A stretch of DNA of 41,726 bases from Thermodesulfobacteriota bacterium. GTDB lineage: Bacteria; Desulfobacterota_D; UBA1144; Nemesobacterales; UBA2774. Below are positions 19,128-27,750 of this stretch, piece by piece. The position numbers and the translations under genes are program-made. The notes beneath the pieces were generated by a model. It was given only the letters and a program-made list of their open reading frames with translations. It had not been told where the DNA came from and made no database searches. The first letter of the stretch is position 1. The number at the start of each line of letters is the position of its first letter. The stretch is from the NCBI GenBank assembly GCA_040880385.1, contig JBBDIN010000047.1, positions 1 through 41,726 of the forward strand. The letters run 5' to 3'.

Positions 19128-19202
19128 TGGAGGCGGCGCCCGGATTCGAACCGGGGCATTGCGGTTTTGCAGACCGCTGCCTTACCGCTTGGCTACGCCG
19201 CC
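19128..19202 (-). tRNA. tRNA-Cys (anticodon GCA), CCA encoded
   Basis: The reverse complement is GGCGGCGTAGCCAAGCGGTAAGGCAGCGGTCTGCAAAACCGCAATGCCCCGGTTCGAATCCGGGCGCCGCCTCCA. All four stems pair, and the anticodon loop is CTGCAAA. Confidence 0.95.
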
Positions 19203-19264
19203 TATTAATTAATAATCAACAACAACTTGGTTTTGAATTTACTCACCTCTTCAAACGAAAATGG

Positions 19265-19293
19265 TATTATGAACTATCTTTTAAGATTTTCAA
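19265..19293 (-). promoter_or_regulatory. candidate promoter for the tRNA-Cys/tRNA-Leu transcription unit (TTGAAA-17 nt-ATAATA)
   Basis: The minus strand reads TTGAAAatcttaaaagatagttcATAATA about 60 nt upstream of the tRNA-Cys 5' end. Confidence 0.35.
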
Positions 19294-19341
19294 GCCATAG
19301 TCTTGAAGAGAATTAAACGGTTAGCCTAATTCCTGAACTCG

Positions 19342-20145
19342 CTATCGCATCGTACCTCTAAATATCGCACCTCTAAATATTGTAACCGCCTTCCCTCCTA
19401 ATATAATTCTGTCATCTGCTACGGATACATGAACAACTCCGCCCCGTATAGATACTTGGAGACCTTTGAGTTTTGGCTTGCCTAATTTCTTTTCCCAGAA
19501 CGGCCCAAGGCAGCAGTGTGCCGAGCCTGTAACAGGGTCTTCATTGATCCCCGCTGCTGGGGCAAAAAATCTGGACACAAAATCATATTGATCTGAATCA
19601 CAAACGCTAGTAACAATAATCCCTCTGGCTGAGACTGTCTTCAATAAATCAAAATTTGGATTTAAGTTCCTAACTTTTTCTTCATCTTCTACCTGAACCA
19701 GATAATCAAAGCTATTTTTTCCTACATAGATAGGGTTAACCCCTAAGCCCTCTTTGAGACCCTCTGGGACAGGAGCTTCTTGTTCAGGGTCTGATGGAAA
19801 ATCAAGTTCAATAATATCAGCGTTCATTGAAGCTGTTAGTAGCCCGCTTCTTGTATAAAATTGCGCTGGCTTAGAGGATTCCAGATAGCCCTCTTCCCAT
19901 AAAATATGCGCGCTAGCCAGTGTGGCATGACCGCAAAGATCAACTTCAACTGTCGGAGTAAACCATCTGAGGTTAAAACTATCTCCAACACTGTACAAGA
20001 ATGCAGTTTCTGACAGGTTCATTTCACTGGCAACATTCTGCATCCAGATTTCATCGGCTTCTTTTTCTAGAGTACAAACAGCTGCCGGATTACCCGAAAA
20101 AGGTTCACTTGCGAATGCATCAACTTGATAAATATTTATTCCCAT
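19342..20145 (-). CDS. PhzF-family isomerase-like protein
   Basis: 267-aa ORF with the N-terminus IYQVDAFASEPFSGNPAAVC, plus the ETAF and CGHATLA blocks and the C-terminal EDPVTGSAHC block, all typical of the PhzF/YddE family. Confidence 0.85.
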   Translation of the reverse strand: MGINIYQVDAFASEPFSGNPAAVCTLEKEADEIWMQNVASEMNLSETAFLYSVGDSFNLRWFTPTVEVDLCGHATLASAHILWEEGYLESSKPAQFYTRSGLLTASMNADIIELDFPSDPEQEAPVPEGLKEGLGVNPIYVGKNSFDYLVQVEDEEKVRNLNPNFDLLKTVSARGIIVTSVCDSDQYDFVSRFFAPAAGINEDPVTGSAHCCLGPFWEKKLGKPKLKGLQVSIRGGVVHVSVADDRIILGGKAVTIFRGAIFRGTMR

Positions 20146-20258
20146 AAGTATCGAATCCTCATCTTTGAAACTATAAATCCTTCAAAAATATTATAGATGT
20201 TATTTTGATATAATAAACTTAAAATCGAAACCGATAACTATAACAAAATTAATTGTTA

Positions 20259-20286
20259 TTGACATTTGTCCTGATTTCTTTATTTT
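20259..20286 (+). promoter_or_regulatory. sigma70-like promoter candidate (TTGACA-16 nt-TATTTT) upstream of the pan leader
   Basis: A perfect -35 hexamer lies at 20259-20264 and an AT-rich -10 at 20281-20286, predicting a transcript start near 20293. Confidence 0.35.
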
Positions 20287-20413
20287 ATAAGGGCTTTTAC
20301 AGGATAAGCATTGCCGCTTGGATCTTATTTTAGAGACCGAGACGGGGGAAACAATTGATAAACAATCACAAAGGACGGAACGCAGGCCGTACCTCTAATA
20401 ATTAAAATTAAAT

Positions 20414-20449
20414 AAGCCAGTAGGGTTCTTTGCCCGATCTGGCTTTTTT
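20414..20449 (+). terminator. intrinsic terminator/attenuator hairpin immediately upstream of panB
   Basis: AAGCCAG-TA-GGG-ttctttg-CCC-GAT-CTGGCTT is followed by a T-run (six T in total, 20444-20449). It ends 17 nt before the panB ATG. Confidence 0.6.
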
Positions 20450-20466
20450 ACGTTTAGAGAAAACAA

Positions 20467-21264
20467 ATGAAAAAAATAACAGTGCCAATCATAAGCTCGA
20501 TGAAGGATAAAGAGAAGATAGTGATGGTCACAGCTTATGATGCTCCTACGGCGAGAATAGTTGATAAATCTGGAGTTGATATAGTTTTAGTTGGAGACTC
20601 TGTAGGCAATGTAATTCAAGGCTTATCAAATACACTGCCTGTAACAGTTGATGAGATGATTTACCATACGAAAATTGTATCCAGAGGAATTCAAAACGCA
20701 CATCTTTGTGCCGATATGCCTTTTATGTCTTTTCAGTCTTCTAAAGAAGATGCCGTGAAGAACGCAGGCAGATTCATCAAAGAAGCAGGAGCTGAGTCAG
20801 TCAAGCTTGAAGTTACAAATGACTTCATCGATACAATTAGAGAAATAAGAAAAGCCGGCATTCCGGTTATGGGGCATATAGGCCTAAGACCGCAATCTTT
20901 CCACGATATGGGTGGATACAAGCTCCAAGGCAGGGAAAAGGGTGAAGGTGCAGAATTGCTGGCACTTGCGAAGAAAATCGAGGATGCAGGTGCTTTTTCT
21001 TTAGTATTGGAAAGCATCCCGCAAAAGCTGGCTAAGAAGATAACACGCTCAATTAAAATACCGACTATTGGAATAGGGGCCGGGCCTGATTGCGATGGAC
21101 AGGTTCTAGTAATTAACGATCTGGTCGGTCTTTCAGAAGAACCTCTGCCAAAGTTCGTAAAAAAATACGCAGAAGTAAGAGAAACAATGAAAGAGGCCAC
21201 AAAAGATTACGTTAACGAGGTAAAGAAAGGGGTCTTCCCATCATCTGAGCATTCATATGACTGA
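20467..21264 (+). CDS. panB: 3-methyl-2-oxobutanoate hydroxymethyltransferase
   Basis: 265-aa ORF with MVTAYDAPTARI, LVGDSVGNV and DMPFMS blocks typical of PanB. It is the first gene of the panBCD cluster. Confidence 0.93.
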   Translation: MKKITVPIISSMKDKEKIVMVTAYDAPTARIVDKSGVDIVLVGDSVGNVIQGLSNTLPVTVDEMIYHTKIVSRGIQNAHLCADMPFMSFQSSKEDAVKNAGRFIKEAGAESVKLEVTNDFIDTIREIRKAGIPVMGHIGLRPQSFHDMGGYKLQGREKGEGAELLALAKKIEDAGAFSLVLESIPQKLAKKITRSIKIPTIGIGAGPDCDGQVLVINDLVGLSEEPLPKFVKKYAEVRETMKEATKDYVNEVKKGVFPSSEHSYD

Positions 21265-22114
21265 AAATATTAATATAAAAATAGTTGATAACGTTAAGGA
21301 TATGCAGGCGCTTTCAACCCGCATTAAAAAAGAGGGGCGCATTATTTCTTTTGTCCCAACAATGGGGGCCCTTCACGAAGGACATTTGAGCTTGATGCGA
21401 GTGGCAAAAGAGAAAGGTGACTTTCTAGTGGTGAGCATTTTTGTAAACCCCACCCAATTTGGCCCTAATGAGGATTTCAATAAATATACTAGAGACTTAG
21501 AAGGGGACATAAAGAAAATTCGTGAGATTGGGGTGGACGTGGTCTTTTTCCCAGATGTAAATGAAATTTACCCTGAGGGATTTGAGACTTATGTAGAAGT
21601 TCAAGAACTCCAGAAACCACTCTGTGGACAATTTAGACCAGGCCATTTTAAAGGTGTTACAACTGTAGTCTTAAAACTTTTCAATATTGTTAAGCCGGAT
21701 ATCGCGGTATTTGGGGAAAAGGATTACCAGCAATTATTAATTATCAAGAAAATGGTTAGAGATCTTCATCTTGAAATTGAAATAATAGGAATGCCTATAA
21801 TTAGAGAAGAAGACGGGCTAGCTCTTAGTTCAAGAAATGCTTATTTATCTCATGAAGATAGAGCACGGGCATTAGCTCTATCACAATCACTTCGTGAGAT
21901 AGAAAAGAGATTTAAAGAAGGTAACAAGAATACTAATGATCTAGTTCAGTTTGGGATAGAAATTCTCAATGAATTACATGTAACTGACATAGATTACTTA
22001 GAAATACGAAATGGAAATAGTCTTGGATCTGCTAAAGAAGCACAACCGGGAGATTTAGTAGCCATTGCGGCAAGGATTGGAAATACAAGGCTTATTGATA
22101 ATACCAAACTTTAG
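21257..22114 (+). CDS. panC: pantoate--beta-alanine ligase
   Basis: 285-aa ORF with PTMGALHEGHLSL (HxGH) and FGEKDYQQL blocks. It overlaps panB by 8 nt. Confidence 0.93.
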   Translation: MTENINIKIVDNVKDMQALSTRIKKEGRIISFVPTMGALHEGHLSLMRVAKEKGDFLVVSIFVNPTQFGPNEDFNKYTRDLEGDIKKIREIGVDVVFFPDVNEIYPEGFETYVEVQELQKPLCGQFRPGHFKGVTTVVLKLFNIVKPDIAVFGEKDYQQLLIIKKMVRDLHLEIEIIGMPIIREEDGLALSSRNAYLSHEDRARALALSQSLREIEKRFKEGNKNTNDLVQFGIEILNELHVTDIDYLEIRNGNSLGSAKEAQPGDLVAIAARIGNTRLIDNTKL

Positions 22115-22140
22115 AGCATATAATGTAAGGAGAAGACAAA

Positions 22141-22530
22141 ATGGATAGAACACTTCTTAAATCTAAAATACACAGGGCAATTGTCACTGAGGCTGACCTC
22201 GAATACGAAGGAAGCATTACGGTTGATAGAAACCTAATGGATGCTGCAGACCTATTCCACTATGAACAGGTGCACATTTTCAATATCACAAACGGACATA
22301 GGTTCACTACATATGTTATAGAGGGAAAAAGGGAATCAAACGTTATATGCGTTAATGGAGCCGCCGCTCATCTCGCTAGAGAGGGGGATTGTTTAATAGT
22401 TGCGAGCTTCGCTACTTATAATGAAGCGGAATGTAAAAGCCATGTACCCAAGCTTATATATGTGGATGAAGGCAATAATATCATAAGGACTAAACCCGAA
22501 ACGAAGAAACTAAAAGTAGCAAGAAGTTAA
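22141..22530 (+). CDS. panD: aspartate 1-decarboxylase (pyruvoyl-dependent)
   Basis: 129-aa ORF with [24 protein letters not shown] containing the Gly-Ser self-cleavage site. Confidence 0.92.
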   Translation: MDRTLLKSKIHRAIVTEADLEYEGSITVDRNLMDAADLFHYEQVHIFNITNGHRFTTYVIEGKRESNVICVNGAAAHLAREGDCLIVASFATYNEAECKSHVPKLIYVDEGNNIIRTKPETKKLKVARS

Positions 22531-22628
22531 TTGTTATTATTTCCCTGTTACAAATGGTTGGGCAGCTTCAAATTTCAAATAAATTTAACAAAAACAGAAG
22601 CTAAATTACAATAAATGCATCATAAATA

Positions 22629-22657
22629 TTGACATAATATGTAATCGAGGTTATAAG
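22629..22657 (+). promoter_or_regulatory. sigma70-like promoter candidate (TTGACA-17 nt-TATAAG)
   Basis: A consensus -35 with optimal spacing lies about 120 nt upstream of the ATG at 22776. The leader contains a GGGTACG-cactt-CGTATCC hairpin (22682-22700). Confidence 0.45.
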
Positions 22658-22775
22658 TTAAGGTTATTAAAGGAGGATCTTGGGTACGCACTTCGTATCC
22701 GATCTATCATTTTTACAACACCTATACAGTATAACAACTAGACCATAGCCTTCTTAAGCGGAGAGGATATATATA

Positions 22776-23549
22776 ATGAAAGCGGTCATACTTGCAGCTG
22801 GTAGAGGCAAAAGGCTTTACCCATACACAAAGTATATACCTAAGTGTTTGTTAGAAATCGGCGGCGAGACAATATTAGAGCATCAAATCAACCACATTAG
22901 AGATTGTGGAATTGATGAAATTGTCATTGTTGTTGGATTTGGTTTTGAGAAAGTAGAAAACTTTCTTAGAAACTACGACGGGTTAGGAATGAAAATCAAA
23001 ACCCTCTATAACCCATTTTACCAAACAACAAATAGCCTTATCTCTCTCTGGATAGCCAGGGGAGAAATGGATAGCGACATGGTTGTTATGAACGGTGATG
23101 ATGTTTTTGAAATAGATGTATTAGAGCAAGCCCTTAGAATGAGGGATGAAAAAATTTGTCTTCCAGTAAAACGCAAAACTAATTATGAAGACGAAGATAT
23201 GAAAGTTGTAATTCAAGAAAATAAAATAGTTGATATTAGCAAAACATTAACAAGCAGGGCATCTGCTGAGTCAGTAGGTGTCAGGGTTTTCAGAGACACC
23301 GGGGTTGAGCTACTTAAGAGATCCATAGAAGAAGAGATGAGAACCGGTGGTGCGGAAAACAAGTGGTATATTTCAGCTATTCACAGGCTAATTAAAAAAG
23401 GATATAAAGTTAAGTCACTCGATATAGATGATCTTTTCTGGATGGATGTTGATTATCCAAGTGATTTATTTAAAGTAAGACTCAACTCTGATAAGTTCAT
23501 CAAGAAATCATACCAAGAAAGGGTCCTAAGAGTAGTAGAAACAAGTTAA
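22776..23549 (+). CDS. alcohol/sugar-phosphate cytidylyltransferase of the LicC / inositol-1-phosphate cytidylyltransferase (IPCT) type
   Basis: 257-aa ORF with the N-terminal nucleotidyltransferase signature MKAVILAAGRGKRL..P.CLL, overall block order like LicC/IPCT (NSLISLW, SVGVRVF, WYISAI, MDVDYPSD), and a GGAGAGGA RBS. Confidence 0.75.
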   Translation: MKAVILAAGRGKRLYPYTKYIPKCLLEIGGETILEHQINHIRDCGIDEIVIVVGFGFEKVENFLRNYDGLGMKIKTLYNPFYQTTNSLISLWIARGEMDSDMVVMNGDDVFEIDVLEQALRMRDEKICLPVKRKTNYEDEDMKVVIQENKIVDISKTLTSRASAESVGVRVFRDTGVELLKRSIEEEMRTGGAENKWYISAIHRLIKKGYKVKSLDIDDLFWMDVDYPSDLFKVRLNSDKFIKKSYQERVLRVVETS

Positions 23550-23553
23550 CGAC

Positions 23554-24876
23554 ATGAACCATGCAATAGTTGTAGCGGCCAGCATAGGTATAGAAAACAC
23601 TGACCTGAGCACCTATGGTGGTATCAAATTCGGTTCGCTCCCTCAAATTAAGCGCCTAATAATTACTGCTCAGAGAGCAGGAATTGATCACTTCACAATA
23701 ATCACAGAAGACAGCGACTCCCCTTTAAGAGATCTTTTGGCAAATGACAATAGAATTGAGAGCTCTATAGACTGGGCAACAATAAAAGAACAGATAGATT
23801 TTAAAGATATCCCCTATCTAATACTCCAATCAAACCTTCTCACCACACCTGAAACATTATCGAATTTCATGGATTCAGATGTTAACGATGATGAGATTTT
23901 AATATTAATGGACACATCAGAAGATGCTGGGAATAAGGCTAAGGAGCTTTTTGTCGAAGAAATATTTCCAAGTGGTGGAAGAGCTGTAGGGGCTTTTATT
24001 GCATCAGGTGAATTATTAAAAAAATCCTTCTCGGACTCTAAGTCACTAAAAGACATAGTCTCTGAGCGGGTAGAGAAAGAAAAAGCTGAGTACAAAGAGT
24101 TCTCCGGCAAATATTGGATGAGATTGTCTGAGGATGCGAATACGGCAAAACAAGCGGAAGACCTCATTTTCAACTATGTCGGGAAAACAGCAACCGGATG
24201 GATATCACGTAGGATAAACAGCAAATTTTCATTACCAACAAGCAGGCTCTTGGTTAAAACCCCTCTTACGCCTAATATGATCAGCATTGGAATCAATATT
24301 ATAGGATCTTTATGTGGTATATTTTACGCGATAGGTCACCCGGTAATCGGAGCACTCTTTATGCATATTGCAACTGTACTTGACAGGTGCGATGGTGAAG
24401 TAGCAAGGGTTAAATTAATGGAGACCAAAAAAGGACAGTGGGTCGATACAGTTTCAGACCAGTTTACAGTGCTTTCTTTCTTATTGGGAGTACCTATAGG
24501 GTATTATTTAATTTCAGATAAGCCAATTGCCCTTGTTTTGGGTGGGATAAATGTTTCAATTTTTTTATTTTTTGTAATTTGGTCGTTCTATTTCCTGACA
24601 AGATATACCAACTCGGGAAGTTTGGTGACATACTTTGAAGTGGACAAACTTGTTGAGCCACAAAAAACTTCGTTCGTTAGAAAAATAATAAAAATAGTAC
24701 GTCCCCTGGGTAGAAGGAATGTATATTCATTCGCATTTATATTGATTGCAGTAGTGGGCGGGTATCCATGGGTGCTGGGAATTACGACTATTGCAGCAAT
24801 ATTATTTTTTATTCACTCATTTGAGGATATACTTAAGCTAAGAAAAGTTAAGCCTGACAAACAGATCCAGAACTAA
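23554..24876 (+). CDS. CDP-alcohol phosphatidyltransferase (DIPP-synthase-like) with an N-terminal degenerate nucleotidyltransferase-like cytoplasmic domain
   Basis: 440-aa ORF. Residues 1 to about 200 are soluble and NTP-transferase-like but lack GxGxR (AIVVAASIGIENTD). The linker is GWISRRINSKFSLPTSRLL. The polytopic C-terminal half carries the complete motif DRCDGEVAR-x8-G-x3-D-x3-D. The gap to the upstream gene is 4 nt. Confidence 0.8.
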   Translation: MNHAIVVAASIGIENTDLSTYGGIKFGSLPQIKRLIITAQRAGIDHFTIITEDSDSPLRDLLANDNRIESSIDWATIKEQIDFKDIPYLILQSNLLTTPETLSNFMDSDVNDDEILILMDTSEDAGNKAKELFVEEIFPSGGRAVGAFIASGELLKKSFSDSKSLKDIVSERVEKEKAEYKEFSGKYWMRLSEDANTAKQAEDLIFNYVGKTATGWISRRINSKFSLPTSRLLVKTPLTPNMISIGINIIGSLCGIFYAIGHPVIGALFMHIATVLDRCDGEVARVKLMETKKGQWVDTVSDQFTVLSFLLGVPIGYYLISDKPIALVLGGINVSIFLFFVIWSFYFLTRYTNSGSLVTYFEVDKLVEPQKTSFVRKIIKIVRPLGRRNVYSFAFILIAVVGGYPWVLGITTIAAILFFIHSFEDILKLRKVKPDKQIQN

Positions 24877-24895
24877 ATATTATAAAAGGAAAAAA

Positions 24896-25687
24896 ATGAT
24901 GAGTGATACAAACAAAGAAACACAAGAGAATAATCAAAACACAGAATACAGAAAAGCTGATTATGAAACTAAGGAATATGCAAATGGGTTTATTGCATCT
25001 TTCATTAACATGGTAGAGAACTTCAATGCTAAGTTTTCCAAATATGGAAATCCTCCTATTTATGAAAACTCAACCTTTCCATGGGTCAAAGAAATTGAAG
25101 ACAACTGGGAGAAAATAAGGGCAGAGTTAGATCAGGTTATGGAGAGACGGGAAGACCTCCCAAGCTTTCATGAAATAATGCCCGAGGTTGAAACTATCAC
25201 AACCGACAACAACTGGAAAACCTTTTTTCTTGCGGGATACGGTCTTGAAAGTGATGAAAACACAAGCAGATGTCCCGAAACAACTCGTCTACTAAGAAAT
25301 ATCCCCGGCATGAAAACAGCGATGTTCTCGATCCTCTCGCCTAACAAACACATACCAGCACACAAGGGGCCCTTCAACGGTGTTCTAAGATATCACCTCG
25401 GATTGATTGTGCCAGAGCCAAAAGAAAAATGTAGAATCCGTATAGATAAAGAAATTAAGCACTGGGATGAGGGAGAAAGCATTATTTTTGACGACACATA
25501 TAATCATGAAGTCTGGAACGATACTCCGGGGTTTCGTGCAGTATTGTTTGTAGACTTTGTAAGACCGGTTAAGTTTCCGTTCAATTTATTCAATAAACTT
25601 GTAGTAAGCGCTGCGGCTTTTGCACCGTTTATTAAAGAAGCTGAGGTAAAGCATAAGGAATGGGAGAAGAAGTTCTATAAGCAGTAA
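24896..25687 (+). CDS. aspartyl/asparaginyl beta-hydroxylase family (LpxO/OlsC-like Fe(II)/2-oxoglutarate dioxygenase) protein
   Basis: 263-aa ORF with blocks W..F.L..YG, CPETTRLL, IPAHKGPFNGVLRYHLGLIVP, WDEGESIIFDDTYNHEVWN and VLFVDFVRP typical of this family. The gap to the upstream gene is 19 nt. Confidence 0.75.
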   Translation: MMSDTNKETQENNQNTEYRKADYETKEYANGFIASFINMVENFNAKFSKYGNPPIYENSTFPWVKEIEDNWEKIRAELDQVMERREDLPSFHEIMPEVETITTDNNWKTFFLAGYGLESDENTSRCPETTRLLRNIPGMKTAMFSILSPNKHIPAHKGPFNGVLRYHLGLIVPEPKEKCRIRIDKEIKHWDEGESIIFDDTYNHEVWNDTPGFRAVLFVDFVRPVKFPFNLFNKLVVSAAAFAPFIKEAEVKHKEWEKKFYKQ

Positions 25688-25738
25688 ATAAAAAATAGGA
25701 TTGATGGCAAAACTTTAATACGATTCGACAAAGTAAAA

Positions 25739-25876
25739 TTATTCGCCGTCATCCATATCTTCTGTGTTGTTAAAATTATGATCAGAGCTATTCATTAGTT
25801 TTATTATACAAAAAGCCAATAAGCCTAATGTGAAACCCCAAGCACATAACATAAAGATTAGGGCATCAAGATTCAT
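25739..25876 (-). CDS. small single-pass membrane protein, MetS-like NSS-transporter small subunit candidate
   Basis: 45 aa ([45 protein letters not shown]), with a GGAGG RBS 10 nt upstream. The ATG overlaps the last 11 nt of the NSS transporter gene. The ORF-track version (60 aa) starts further upstream, inside the transporter gene. Confidence 0.55.
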   Translation of the reverse strand: MNLDALIFMLCAWGFTLGLLAFCIIKLMNSSDHNFNNTEDMDDGE

Positions 25877-27416
25877 TTTCTCTATTCCTCCTTCTATCAG
25901 CCATAAACACGAGCACTGCAAGAACTACAAAGAGCATAATCAAATAGGCTCTTGCCGCCCAGATAGTCCAACTGGCTTTTTCAAGCTCCTCGGGAAGCAG
26001 CTCTATACCCCACCACACAAGAAGTATTAACATAAAAAGGGGTGTAATATATCTTAAAACATAATAGAAGAATCTGGGTACTTTGATTGTACCATCTCGA
26101 TTTATCTCAGCCCATGCTTTCTCCCCTCCAAAAACCCACATAAATATAACAACCTCCATTAATCCGAAGAAAACGATTCCTACTGTGCCCGCCCAGAAAT
26201 CCCATTCATCTAATGTTTGATTGACAAAAATAATCATAAAAATACTTGAAACGATTATTCCCATAGTAATAAGAACTGATTTTGTTCTACTTAACCTAAA
26301 TTCATCTTCAAAAAAAGCGATAATAGTTTGAATTAGAAAGAGTGAGGAGGTAAGACCTGCAAAGAAAAGAAGGAAAAACCATAAGAATCCCAAAAACTGT
26401 CCGGCAGGCATACTGGCAAATATTGCCGGAAGACTAACAAATCCAAGATTAAAAGCACCTGACTGAGCTATTGACACCGCCCCGGCAACACCAAAGAATG
26501 CCACCGCTGCCGGAATGGCAATTGAACCGCCCAAAACAACCTCAGCAGTTTCATTAATAGCTGCAGAGGAAAGCCCGTTTAATACAATGTCCTGATTTGC
26601 TCTCAGATATGAAGAATAAACAATCATAGAGCCGAAGCCTAAGCTAAGAGTAAAGAACATCTGCCCGGCTGCCGCAACCCATACTCCAGGGTTCTTTAAT
26701 GAATTAAGATCAGGCGTCCAAAGAAAGTTAAGCCCTTCAATGGCATTACCACTGGGAGTTTCTAGAGTTAGAACCCTAACAAGTAGAATTATGGCCATTA
26801 TAAAAAGAGCAGGTAAGGCAAATTTTGCGAAGGCTTCAATCCCCCGTGAAACCCCTCTCAATAAAATGATTAGGTTTAGCGCTAATGTGACTATTAAAGC
26901 AAAATAAGCCATAAATGAGGGGCTTAACAAATCTCCTTCGCCTGCTCCAATATATGTTCCTAAAAAGTTGCTATAAGGCTTTAAGAATTCCTCTGGGGTA
27001 TTTGCCCCTATTGCAAGCTCGGGGCTTGTACCCAAAAGAAAATGAATTGAATAACCCAATGTCCAGGACTCTATATAAATATAATAAATTACCACTATAA
27101 GAGGAATCCAAAGACCTAATACTCCGATAAGACGTGATATCGGACTCTTCCATATTAAGTTAAATATAGCAGGAGCAGTTCCATGCCCTCTAGCACCCCC
27201 GTATCTTCCAATTGCGCACTCTATCCACATTAACGGTATGCCTATAACAAAAAAGGCAATTATATAAGGAATCATGAAAGCCCCACCGCCATTCTCAGCT
27301 GCTTGCACGGGAAATCTTAAAAAATTGCCTAGCCCGATAGCACCGCCGGCCATTGCAAGAATAAGTCCGGTTCTTGATTTCCACAGTTCCCTTGCATGAG
27401 GTAATTTCTTGGCCAT
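25866..27416 (-). CDS. neurotransmitter:sodium symporter (NSS/SNF) family transporter
   Basis: 516-aa polytopic ORF with the N-terminal signature [25 protein letters not shown] and about 11-12 hydrophobic segments. Confidence 0.92.
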   Translation of the reverse strand: MAKKLPHARELWKSRTGLILAMAGGAIGLGNFLRFPVQAAENGGGAFMIPYIIAFFVIGIPLMWIECAIGRYGGARGHGTAPAIFNLIWKSPISRLIGVLGLWIPLIVVIYYIYIESWTLGYSIHFLLGTSPELAIGANTPEEFLKPYSNFLGTYIGAGEGDLLSPSFMAYFALIVTLALNLIILLRGVSRGIEAFAKFALPALFIMAIILLVRVLTLETPSGNAIEGLNFLWTPDLNSLKNPGVWVAAAGQMFFTLSLGFGSMIVYSSYLRANQDIVLNGLSSAAINETAEVVLGGSIAIPAAVAFFGVAGAVSIAQSGAFNLGFVSLPAIFASMPAGQFLGFLWFFLLFFAGLTSSLFLIQTIIAFFEDEFRLSRTKSVLITMGIIVSSIFMIIFVNQTLDEWDFWAGTVGIVFFGLMEVVIFMWVFGGEKAWAEINRDGTIKVPRFFYYVLRYITPLFMLILLVWWGIELLPEELEKASWTIWAARAYLIMLFVVLAVLVFMADRRRNRENES

Positions 27417-27750
27417 ATAGTTAATCCTGAAGTTAAGTACCTTATTTTATGTAATTTATATTTTTAAGCAAGATTCAGAAATCATATGTAGACTGATCAA
27501 ATTACACTACGAATCTTAGAGCGCTTATGTCATTCTAACAAATTACTCTTGACAAACAATTTTATATACTTATCTTAATACACCTTCAGTTTGAGAATTG
27601 CGGGTTCTTAACTGCTTTATATTTACTTGTGATTTATGTATTCATATTATTTTAGTCTGGAGATATCTTCATTTTTATGTGTATTTGGAGCATTTTACAG
27701 ATAGGACAAGAATTTCAGACTAACAATCTTGAGGAGACTCTAAAACTAAG

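Noticed and set aside
18915-19212. Two plus-strand ORFs (18915-19103 and 19000-19212) in the track
   Set aside because: They run antisense across tRNA-Leu and tRNA-Cys. Their Arg/Pro/Gly-rich translations are the signature of reading through GC-rich tRNA stems.
18853-19341. tRNA-Leu/tRNA-Cys cluster as a possible genomic-island integration site
   Set aside because: No integrase, no duplicated tRNA 3'-end direct repeat and no compositionally odd block were visible. Only the small acidic ORF lies next to the tRNA-Leu 3' end.
20733-21200. Long antisense ORFs inside well-supported genes (for example 595-912, 8464-8793, 20733-21200, 23814-24173, 28801-29174, 29214-29486, 30340-30630, 35413-35778)
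   Set aside because: Each lies fully within or opposite a gene with strong family motifs. Their translations are low-complexity (Ser/Leu/Phe/Ile-rich), with no RBS and no recognisable domains.
22680-22748. Possible 22-aa leader peptide (TTG start, MGTHFVSDLSFLQHLYSITTRP) after an AGGAGG in the leader of the cytidylyltransferase operon
   Set aside because: The AGGAGG is only 3 nt from the TTG, which is too close for initiation. The start is non-ATG, and the peptide has no features such as regulatory codon runs.
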